Shown here: one piece after another, positions 52,933 to 64,000 of the stretch
How positions within the stretch are numbered: position 1 is the stretch's first letter
Layout of the letters: each line of letters starts with the position of its first letter
The notes under the pieces: generated by a model
What the model saw: only the letters and a program-made list of their open reading frames with translations
What the model was told of the DNA's origin: nothing
Database searches by the model: none
Translations under genes and position numbers: made by a program
Origin: Perna viridis
Taxonomy: Eukaryota
Assembly: GCA_037379345.1 (NCBI GenBank)
Contig: CM074517.1
Location: 21,948,001 to 22,012,000, forward strand
DNA length: 64,000 nucleotides
Reading direction: 5' to 3'

Positions 52933-53880
52933 AAAGAGTAATCAAGGGAACTAAGGTTATAGCGGTAATCAAAAGAATGTAATCCAGAGCAAAAATCAGA
53001 CATGGAAAACAAACATACACAACAAAGAACATATAGTAACTAAAATCATACACTACAAAGAACATAGAGTAACTAAAATCATACATACAAAGTAACAAAA
53101 GTAAATGAGCAACTCGGACTCCACTAAAAACTGTAAGTATGGACCAGGTGCACCGGTAGGGTTAGAGTCCCCTGCTCTTCTAGAAACACCCGCCGAGTTT
53201 CTCATAAAAAGTAAAGTTCGGGGTAGACGAAAGAGGAAAGGAAAACTATGACCCGTTGAACAAATCACTTTTCATGGAGCAGATGGATATACAGTAACGA
53301 TCCACGAGTTCATGATGACGACCATGAAACTTCTGTAGTGATGACTTCAATCTTGTAGCAACATAACCTTACTAAAGAAGCCTATTTGTTAGAATTCTAG
53401 CGCGATAACAAAAAAGTATGCGTAGTCCCGGCAAGCTCTGGCATAACGTATGAGTTTTGATATGAACACTCCATACGCAGGTGCGAAAGGGATATTGTCA
53501 CAAATGAAAGGATAATTGATAATTTTGAATGAAAAGTCATCACGTTTGTCGTAAAGTTTTGCCAAAAGTTTTCCTTTTCCTTTACCATCGATTTCTAAGT
53601 GTAGGTCAATATATAAGGCTGACTTCACAGTGTCTGTAGTATCCTTTATCTCAAGTTCTTTGGGGTCGATACGATGTATTAAATCCCCAAAATTAGGATT
53701 GTTTAAAGATAACATGTCATCTATATAGCGGAAACAGAGATTAAAGGATCTAGCTAAAGGATATTCTTTATTTTGGATCAGATCAGCTATAAAGGCAGCC
53801 TCATAAGAGTGAAGGAATAGGTCAGCAAGAGGAGCACAATTTGTTCCCATTGGAATGCCGACCGTTTGTTTAAAAATTCT
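52933..53880 (-). mobile_element. 5'-truncated Penelope-like retroelement (RT C-terminal half plus 3' UTR)
   Basis: QTVGIPMGTNCAPLADLFL...FRYIDD...LYDKRDDF...PAYGVFISKLIRYARAC, continuing after a frameshift as LKSSLQKFHGRHHELVDRY...* and ending at 53246. No GIY-YIG endonuclease follows the RT. Confidence 0.88.
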
Positions 53881-53959
53881 AGCATTTTGTAAACATCTTC
53901 TGTATATTTGGAAGGTGATTTGGAATTATTTCTTACCAAACATACGTGACTTACAAAGT

Positions 53960-55245
53960 GAGCCATTTCAATAGCAGATCTATTCCTGTATTGTTATGAA
54001 TCTAAGTTTATGGCTAAACCTCGCAAAGATCATTCCAAATCTGATTTCTTAGAGAGATGTTATATTACTTATTGCTACTTTAATGATGTTTTTGCGCTGA
54101 ATAACACTGCCTTTTTCAAATACACTACTGAAATTTACCCCAAGGAATTTACTTTGAATAAAGCTAATAAGGACAGTTTTAATTGCTTCTTTGACTCTTT
54201 CATACGGTGTAAAAATATCTCAACTGGTTCGATATGCCTGAGTTTGTAGCGATGTATTTAGATTTTAATGAACAAAATCTATGTATTAATGGTATTTTGT
54301 TAGGTCAAGGTTTTCGTTATAAAAAATTAGTTATGACTTTTTCTTTATTATTTCATAAATACAACGATTTGATGCTGAAATTGGTTGTACTTGTCGTAAC
54401 TTAATTAAAAATAGGATTTCACATCCTAGCTTTTAGGGTAATTGGTAATGCAATAGATAAAGTTTAAACAGAATCGTTTCAGTCTGGAAATATATTTGAA
54501 TAAAGTTATTCGTAAGGGTTATCTTCACCGTATCATTGTTAAATCTGTGAATTTTGTTTTATTGGTTCTCTCATTGGCTCTCTTGTCTACAAATTAAATA
54601 CTGATTAACATAATTACATTTCGTCCAATTTCACGCAAAAACTTTTAAGACCTTGTTTTTTTCACATTTTATGATATGTGTTCACTGTTGGGCATGTTTT
54701 TATTGATACTTTTCTCAGAGTAAACTAGGTGTGATTATCAGTTGCTTTTGGATTTTGTACTACCTTACAGAAACAGCAAGTGTTCTTTCGAGATAGGTAC
54801 AACTTGTTGTCTTTTGTCCTTCTTGTTAAGGAGTTTGTATTCTGTATCTATCCCAAGAGGTAAAGGTAAATCCGAATTCGGCATATTTTTATAGTTCGTT
54901 TTGTTGTATATTCCCATCACACTCCCAGTTTAGGAGGGGGTTGAACGTTCCCGGGCTCATTTAACCATGTCATATACTTTATGCGCCTGTCCCAAACCTA
55001 GAACATGTAGTCCAGTGATCGTCGCTGCTTTTTCGCGTATTGTTATTTGTTTTACGTTGTTTTCTATGGACTAAGTCGATTTTCGTCTGTCATGAATAGT
55101 TTCACATCATTTATTCTGGAGCATTGTATAGCTTATTCCATTATGAAGACTGTATGGTGATCTGTGGAGGTTACATTGTTTGTTGCTTGACATTTGGTGG
55201 ATAATTACCTCATTGGAAATCAAACCACATCTCCTACTTTTATAT
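53960..55245 (+). mobile_element. Degraded Penelope-like element of a second family (RT fragment plus non-coding 3' region)
   Basis: YFNDVFALNNTAFFKYTTEIYPKEFTLNKAN (decayed YxDD region), then YGVKISQLVRYA*VCSDV. The downstream GCGCCTGTCCCAA...TCATTGGAAATCAAACCACATCTCC region recurs at ~58385-58880. Confidence 0.7.
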
Positions 55246-55261
55246 CTTGGTTAAAATGATA

Positions 55262-56010
55262 ATTAAGTCACCGACCACGAAGTGTCGGTGACTTATTGTT
55301 TTTACTTCGGTTTTTTTTTTGTTTGGTTTGTTTGTTTGTTTTTGTTTTGATTTTGTTTTTTATAATCATTATTATTTTTCAGTCATCTTCTATCTTATAT
55401 TAATAAACTTTTCCGGAAAAATTCGCGAATACCGTAAGGTCGATTCATACGAAACAATGCACATATTTCCAGTATCATCTGAAGTTGCACCTAAGAAGTC
55501 AAAACTCCGAAAGAGGCCAAATAAGAAAAGGTTAAAATATTAGAATAGGACATCGCAATGTCATGGAAACCTAGGTATCTAGGAACTTGAAATTTTGTAC
55601 GGTAGTTTAATATTCCAAACAAAATTATGCAAAAAAAAAAGAAACGGTACGATATGTTGCTCCTTGCTATGGCAACCGATTTTTCCGCCTAATTTTCAAA
55701 ATGCCATCATTTGGATATAACATGGTTTCTAGGGTGAAAATGTTGTGCCGAGTCTAAATATTGACATTTCAAGAAGATAGGGTAGACAACTCTACCATGG
55801 CCGCCATAATTTAAAAATGCTCCGATTTGGATGAAATTTGGTTTCTTGAGTGAAAATGACGGGCCACATCTAATTGTTTAGGTTTCAATACCACGCGAAA
55901 GTTGTTGTTGCAATGGTGACTGATGTTCCCGTCATAACTTTAAAATGCTCCAAATTTAGCGTAATTTAATTTTTAGGGTGAAAATAATGTGCCGCATGTA
56001 AATGTTTAGG
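55262..56010 (+). mobile_element. Helentron/DINE-1-like non-autonomous element with hairpin, microsatellite and ~125-bp internal tandem repeats
   Basis: Hairpin TAAGTCACCGAC-CACGAAGT-GTCGGTGACTTA (55264-55295), a (TTTG)n tract, then three diverged units containing AAAATGC...ATTT.G...GTGAAAAT at ~55690, ~55810 and ~55940. Confidence 0.55.
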
Positions 56011-57483
56011 TTTCATCGAAATATGTGTACTGGAGATGACGTGACCCACGTTTCGCGAAACGTAAACTTTAATTATGTCAATACTTTCGTAATAAAAGAC
56101 TTAAAGAATTGCTTTCATTCCAATGTGGTGGACATTCTGCAAAAGAAAACTCTTTACCATTTTTCACCGACCAATTTAATTATGTCATTGTGACCATATC
56201 AACCAAATTGTTTCATAAAGCAAATTTCAAGATTAATCAGGTTTCAAAAGGATCCTTCAAATTAATAATAAAATTATGAAGATAGAGTTATGATCAGGAT
56301 ATTACTTCTATTTATCATTTTTGAAAGACAGATACAATGGGGTGTCGTTATCATAACAAAACCAATAACTTCTATTCTTTCAAATGTAAACAATAGTCAG
56401 TTCTGTAAGTTCAAAGTATTTTTCAGCAGAACGTTTTAAACTCTTCAAAATATGACTTTAAACTATAGGCAACATATCCCTGCCTTATGTTTCATTTGCA
56501 ATTTAAATAGAAGTTTTGAATGTGTGTTTGTTGGCTATCAAATGACCCTGAACTTGCAAATAATGTATTACCAAGATCAGTATCATATTTGATTTTCATA
56601 CTTTGATCATTGAATTCATCTAAAATACAGCTAATCTTTATATCAGTTTGAGATTAGTTATCATTATACTGAATACGGAAAAATTAACTTTAAACTTTAA
56701 AACAACCATTTCAATCAACGCGCAATATACCTTTGTTCCATTAGTTCATATATCATTCGTTAAGCTAAAGTACTTCTGTCAAAGGAAATCCGTTTTTGAA
56801 GCAACATCTTCTGCACATCTATATTGATTTCATTTCCAATATATATTTTTCTGTTCGTATTTGCAACTTTATCAAATTTCCAATTAATACGAAACCATAC
56901 CTTTCTACCTGCTTCTCTTTATTCAATCTGTGAAGGATGAAGTAGTGCCGTTTCGGAGCTTACTGCTCATGCGTGTATATTTTTTTCAAGATTGTTCTCG
57001 TTTTTCAGTGATATATGGAATTTATTATGCACAAACAATTTAAATAGCTTTGAACATTAGAATGCTCCTAACTTCATTCACGGAGGATTATACGCATAAA
57101 ATATCTTAACGTTTGTAAACTAAATACAGCAACTATTTAAGATAATATCTATCAATAGAATTTGCGAATTGAGTACTGACCGAGCAGAAAAAAGCAAACA
57201 TGATATAGATACAGTAAATCCCTATGTCATGAACTACAAATCTTGTAATCCTATATACATAGTAATGAATGTTTAAAATCAAACATAAAGCATATTGGAA
57301 TAACATGAAGGCAAAAGGCAGAATGTTCATATACGCAACTGCCAATCAGGTGATACGAATTATCTCCTTCATCTGATAAAAAAATTCGATACATTCGCTT
57401 CCAAGACATCAACATGAAAACAGCTTACATTCACTGAAGCAAAAGAAAGGATTTTGGAGGGAATGATAATTCAAAATATTGGA

Positions 57484-60400
57484 ATGGTAAGCATCTCTTT
57501 TTTGTTACAAGGCTGTTTTGAGCATTTAGACTATAATTAAATTAAGTTTTGTAAGAAAAGTTTAAATAATAAAACAAAAATATTCATTGATTTTTAATGC
57601 AAAGAACTTCAATTTTAGATTAACTTTTTCAAAACCATTAAAAAATGAATGTGTTATGCTTTTGTTGATTAATTATTGCCACTATCATTATCATTAAAAG
57701 GTGAGTAGTTTTATTTTTTTTTATCTTTTCTTGGTTTTCATCATTGTTTTTCTCACTTTACGATTAGTAAAATGTTTAATTTTATATTCATATATGATTT
57801 GTTCACAGAAAATGTGCTTTCTAATATTCTTTTTCGAATACAGAATGATAATTCCCTTGTTTAAATTCTGTTTAACTGTGCTATTTGAACAGTAATGTTT
57901 CAATTTTTAATAATGCAGTTAATTAGTAGTCTAGTTTCTGATATGCAGTCTACAATTAATATTTTCGATGACGCCATTGTTATTTCATTGTAATCAGCGT
58001 TACAGAATAGTAACGTTAACTTAGTAACATAAACTTCAATGTGGTAATTAAATACCAATCGGAACGCATCGGCTCTTAAAAAAAATGGCTTTAAGATGTT
58101 ATCAGACATTCTTTTCCCGACAGTATACGGCCTTCACTGTCGTTAATTTGTCGTTAATGAATTATATCAATTAGTTATATCGACAAAATTATTATTGACT
58201 AGTTAATTAAACAGACGGAGAAAGGCAGTGCATGATACCATGATACATGATACCACCTGGCATGATTTGTACATTTGTGTAATTTATATTCAGTTTCTGA
58301 ATTTCCGTTGTTACAATGGCTCAGGTCTTGTTGAACTGATTTTAGGTGTGTTTAATTGTATAACATTTTTTTCACTTGTGCCCAATTTCAAAAGGGGTTG
58401 GGTTGTGATCATGCCAAAGTACTTTAACCTGTCGCATTTTTGCGCCCGTCCCAAGGCAGGAATTTCTGGCCTCTGTACGTCTTCTTTCGTTTACACCTTT
58501 ACTTAATTTTTATGATACTTGAGCACGGTAAAAATAGAAATTTTCGCTATTTTGGGGTGGACAGAAAATCGCGGATAAAAGGTACCTGTGAAATAGATTT
58601 TTTAACACTATAGAACGCTTATCATTTTTGGAAACCGCGAAAATTGATATCTGTGAATATGTTCACTTGGCAGAATCCGCAAAAATTAATGCGTATACAG
58701 TATATAGGAGCAACTCTTTAATGTTTAATGATGTTTTGGAGCCAGTGGTAACTTGCCATGTGGTATGAGGATTTCCTCGTCGTTCATCGAAGACCGATGC
58801 CTCGCCTTGAGCTGACACGATTGTCCCGATGGGATTGTTGTCTCTTTGACATTTACACCATACTTATTTTCGTTATATTTATTCCATCTATCTTTCTATC
58901 ATTATAACGATATCGCTCATTATAATGACACGTCGATTGTCATGTTTAAAACCCTAAAGATAAACACACATGCTAATTATCTTTACCCTTTTCTCCCAAT
59001 GTATTTCTCATATTTGTCATAAACTCATTTTTTACTTATTTTTAGGAGTTTTTAAACGGAACAGAAAGCAATCAAACGCATTCGTACATATCATCAATAC
59101 AACATCTGCCTGATGAGGGTTATGTAACAATAGCTGTATATCTTATTTTTATCGGTAAGTAAACACAATGTTTTGAGAATAGACCGTAAATATTTAAATA
59201 CTTAAAACGAAACTTACATATTCTTGGAAAAACACTTTATCTACAAGAAAAGTTTCTTCAGTATGCAGCCTAAAGACTTTTAAAAATGCAAGATTGCTTA
59301 CAGGAATATTGTCTATTTATTTTTAATCAATTTTAGGAAAAATCGTAAAACTTAGTAATTAGATTTTGATTGTTAGCGAATAATGCTTTCGCAGGATGTT
59401 TGGCATTGGTAGCTAATCTGTTCGTGATCACTGTTCTACTGAAAGGCAGCATTAATTATCATGATATTCATCACAAGCTGCTCGTCAACATTGTCGTTTC
59501 TGACCTTCTAGTGACGTTGATAGCCATACCTCTGTCAACCGCCTCTAGTCTTTCAAAACAGTAAGTAAGTAGAAATGTAGCTGTTAATTTGTTCCAAATA
59601 TGTTAACTTGGTTATGTTTGGTTTATTGTTTTATTTATATAATTGTTCCTACTGGTAGTTAGTCTTGTTAAGGACTGACTTACAAATTTTCTGCCAACGA
59701 AAAAAATTACCTCCATTAAGTGGTACACACTAAATAACCTGCAAATTATGAAGTGTGCATAACGGGCATCGATGTCATTTTAACAAGACAGAAAAAATAT
59801 AACAGTCACTCCTTATAATATATTTGAATGTCACAGTTGATCGAGTAGTTCATTCAAAAGGTTGATGACGTCACAGCCTTATTACAAATTTGGTCTATTA
59901 GGTGATGGGCAAAATTTTTCATTCCATCTAAACGCGTGGTACACCGGAAATGATATCTTATTCTCGGAATTAAAATAGCTGATCAGGAGTCACATTGTTT
60001 GTCCAATATTCTCACAAAAGAGATAATAAAGTGGGAGACTACTGAGAAGTGTTTTTTTTTAAAAGACAGACAAAAGCATTATTTAAAGATTTAATCACTT
60101 GCATACCTCGTTATTGTTTCTTTGAGAATTTGTTAAAATCTACGAACCAAAAACATACAAACATGTATATGATTATATCCGTGTAATGTTAGTCGATTGT
60201 GATAATTGATGCAGATGATTACACTGCTAATTATCAAAACTGTTGACGAGCTTTACCACCATTACAGTATTAACGCAATGATTTTCTCTCTCTAGATGGG
60301 CATCCTTAGTGCTGGAATTATTTTTAAAAAAAACCCTATGAATAAATACTTTAAATATTGGCAATTTTGAATAGGTCAATTTGTCAGCAATTGCAAATAC

Positions 60401-63400
60401 ATTAAAATGTTTATACTAAGTAAATGAGATTCTGTATAAAACAAATTAATATTGACGATGTGATTATCTTCCTTATAGTTGGCTATTCGGAGATATAGGA
60501 TGTACTCTGGCCGGATATTGTGTATTTCTGTTCTGTTTAAATGACATGAATACTCACGCTGCAATCGCTGTACTCCGGTATATCATTGTATGCAAGCCAG
60601 AATATGGTGAGTTAAATCATATGTAAACTTAAGTTCCAGATGGACACTGGGTTGCAACAAGTTTCACTAATGTTCGTTAGTTTTGACTCTGTTTCTCGTA
60701 CCTTTTCATGCTCTGTCCTATATTTCTACAGGCCAGATGATCTTATGTCTTTCTTTTTGTTTCTGAGAGAGAGGTCTGTGTACCGAAGAACACAATCAAT
60801 GTCGCTTTATTTTGGTTGTTTTTTTTTAAGTAACATATCAATATAAATTCAAATGTTACGATCAGTTACGAAACAAATGTAAAATGCAAAATTTGTAATT
60901 ACGAGTTAATTGGCATGATATACATGTCAATTTGTCGATGACTAAAAGAAATATGATCACATTTATTAATTTCATTATTGTGCTGATGAATTTATTTCAG
61001 ATTAATACATTTCAGTTATCTCTGAAAGAGTTATCAAGGCAAAATTGGTTTATAAGTTTCAATATTATTTAAGACATTTAAAAGACTGTCCGTGTAGATA
61101 CCTGGCAAGTTCCATAATGTGAATGCGAAGGGTAAATTTTATCCCACCAATTGTTTTATTTCAATTTAATGTTGAACTCATTTTTGATGTCAGGAAGAAC
61201 AAGGTGCGGATGACTCAGAATATAAGTTCCGTAACAAAAAAAAATTAATTATAACTACATCAAAGAGTTAAGGATTCTATCAACTGCTTTCTTATCTCCC
61301 TATTACCATTTCAGTTAATTACAAACCAACATTCATTTCTTAGAAAACATGAGTTTGTGATTTCTACTGGATGATATATTTTTTTAAACAAAATGTGTGT
61401 CCAACACTGCCTCGGTCTTTCATTGACACCATTTTACACTGTAGGTGTTAATGGCGTGTAAAAGGGATGTGTTAATGAATGAAACAGCAATAATCAGGAA
61501 ATAGGTGTCAAAATGAAATGAAATGAACACCTGTATCTTCTATAATTTTGATAGTAAACTTTTTGTAGCGAGTTGCTTTGAACCTTACAATTTGCTTTCA
61601 GTCATTTAAGTTTGCTTATTATGTTAAACATGTCTCCCATTAAAAATTCATATTTAGTGTTCTTATAATCATTTATATTTTTATGGAAAGTATTTGCACT
61701 TCTATTCTGACATGAAGTCACAAGTTCAACTAACTGACAAATGACAGTTTTATAAATAAATCTAAGATGTTAAATTTTTATACAAATCAAGATATTCGTG
61801 TAGTATCAAGTGATACTAGCGACTTGAATATTCATGATTGTGTAACGTAAATGATACACGTGTAAAATATCACATTAAAAACAAAACCCTCAAAATTAAT
61901 AAGGTTTATCAGGAAAAGTTAAACAATTTAATTAAGCTAAGTATTTTTGTATCTATTAAATTTGTTATACTGAAAAGTGTCAGAATTACTTCAGTATTTT
62001 TCACTGACGACATCTTCCTTCAACCTGAACGCAACCAAAACATTGTCAGGTAAAATCAGAAGCTGAATCATCCGATCATGAGGCCTGGGAAAAAACTCTG
62101 GACTTCTGGACTAGAAATAACGCAAACACTTCCGAAATTCTCAAAAATCCAACTCCCTGTCTGCCGCTCTGGTACCTTGGAGAAACGTTGATCTGAATAG
62201 CCATTCGAATAATCATCAGGACAAGGTATCCAGGATACCCTATATACTGTTACTGCAGTCATCTCAAACGCGATTTCGTGATCTGGAAAATGAGGTTGAT
62301 TTACTTAGTAAAAGGCGATTGTGCAATAACGGAAGGTATGTTGTCAGTAGTCCAAATCATCATATTCAAATAAAAAGCATACATATTGGGCCAATGCTTA
62401 ATGATTTATTATATGCATAAAACTGAAAAAAGTGGACATATAAAGGTTTTTTATCAGTATTTTTGAATATATGCTTTCTGTGAGAGGTTCAAATAGGGGT
62501 TGGATAGATCCAATATGATGAGCAATATAGGTTCGGCAAAGAACGTAATCCTTATTTATCTTGGGGTGCTATTAATATGAAAATGTGGGTGTTATATTAA
62601 TTCACCCCAAATAATTATCTGCAGAAAATAAAACAATTTTTGAGTTTTCCTGGTGCCAAAAAGACAGATATATTAAATTGTGATAATTTTATACTGACAT
62701 CATCTTACTTTAATTTGAAATCAACCAAACATTACCAAGCTAAGCGTTATATAAAATCCCACACACCTTCCACGACCTTCTCACTGTGTTATTTCTAGTT
62801 TCTATTGCTATTTTGTTACTTTTTCAGAACGATCGGCGTATTTTAATAAGCTCATCAACATTAAGATTTATTGAACTTGTGCGGATCAGAATATACTAGA
62901 TGCCAAATTGAATTCGATGCATTCAACTATAGCTGCATATTTGATATTAAAATGAAGACCCGCCCGTGTGTGCAAGGAAGCAATTGGACTTACATGGAAT
63001 ACGAAGCTACATGCATTGTATTTTTATTGAAAGATATATTCAGTGACTCTCATTTCAACATTTCTCCGGTTATAGCATACATTTTTTTTCAGTTTACTTT
63101 AAAGAGAGTTTTAAATATTGTTTTGTCTTATATCATATTTTTTAAATAAATTTAAAATTTGTCACAGGTTGATTTTATGTTTTATTCCAAAAAGTGTTTG
63201 TATTGAATTAATTGGTACCCGGAGGCTTCTTGACACTTATTCGAGAAGCACGACACATCTAGATTTGAAGTAGATTAGACCATAAGGATAAGGTAGGCAA
63301 TGGTTTACTATGATTTGGTTTTTTTTTATTCCTGATTGAATTTGTAATCGACAGGTCCTTATAACAGTTCCTTCTTTTTTGTAGAATTCTATTTGAAGGG

Positions 63401-63758
63401 AAAATGGGCCATTATGTACTTTTTCGTACCAGTATGGGGTCACACGATCTTTTTCACGACGTTACCGTTTTTCGGTATGAGTCAATATTCTACAGAAGCC
63501 TTTGGTGTCTCGTGTTCAATTGATTGGGTCACCAGCTCAACTGCTAGCTTGTGTAGCAACATAGTGATAGTCCTTTGCTGTTATTTTCTTCACGTGTCCA
63601 TCTTTGTATTTTGCTACTCTAACGTTATTAAGAAGTTTTCTGAAGCATCCGGAGCTATTGCACGATTAAGAGGAGAAATTATTGCAGACGCCCAAACAAT
63701 TAAATTAGAGGTGATGTTGCGGCATCATAAGATCTTAACATACAGAAAAGTTGCATTG
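57484..63758 (+). CDS. Opsin-like class A GPCR, most like Go-coupled (tetraopsin group) opsins; 5' part only, gene continues beyond the window
   Basis: Exons 57484-57486 (ATG; an in-frame upstream ATG is at 57463), 59046-59154, 59395-59560, 60479-60606, 63385-63758, with consistent phases. Sequence: MEFLNGTESNQT; TM1 YLIFIGCLALVAN; TM2 NIVVSDLL...PLSTASSL; WLFGDIGC; TM3 MNTHAAIAVLRYIIVC; LPFFG; ECL2 YSTEAFGVSCSIDW; TM5 IFVFCY. Confidence 0.85.
58385..58880 (+). repeat. Diverged copy of the 54930-55245 repeat, with a nested MITE-like insertion at ~58524-58702
   Basis: Shared GGGGTTG...TTTAACC...TGCGCC.GTCCCAA...GAAGAC...TTGTCTC blocks; the insert has CACGGTAAA...TATACAGTA termini. Confidence 0.55.
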
Positions 63759-64000
63759 GTAAGTTGACAAAGCCTTCACAAAGTTTTTTAATTTTCAAGT
63801 AAACATGACTTGCTCGCTTTTTTTCAAAATAGTTAATTATACCCCTACTACACTTCTAAAGTGGCGGTATGTAGTAATAGTTTTGAATTTAACTGCAAAT
63901 TATACATTGCCCAAGTTATCATTACCAAAATATCTCTTTGTTTAAAAGGGAAAATTTTGATAAATCTCATTTTAACATAAGTTAACAACTACGATAATGC

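Overview
AT-rich eukaryotic genomic DNA with spliceosomal GT-AG introns; the gene and repeat content suggests a bivalve mollusc (inference). Four + strand protein-coding genes were reconstructed by hand with frame-consistent splice phases. (1) An 11-exon TUT1/Star-PAP (U6 terminal uridylyltransferase), 1039-13177, ~958 aa, with a large RGG/Gly-Pro low-complexity insert. (2) A TRIM-NHL-type RING protein with an intronless CDS, 20441-22141. (3) A ~2,100-aa probably secreted protein with four discoidin (F5/8 type C) domains, a ~1,300-aa Ser/Thr-rich mucin-like region and three copies of a 43-aa four-cysteine module resembling an ShKT domain that lacks its C1-C6 disulfide, ~30625-50160. (4) The 5' part (TM1-TM5) of a Go-opsin-like GPCR, 57484 to beyond the window end. 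Mobile elements include a miniature LTR retrotransposon (TRIM) with a tRNA-like B-box in its LTR, a 520-bp TSD-flanked retroposon that begins with a predicted RNA pseudoknot, Penelope-like RT fragments, a Mutator-like transposase relic, a Helentron/DINE-1-like element and several MITEs, one only 61 bp. There is an assembly gap at 34730-34918. All calls come from reading the sequence; no searches were run.
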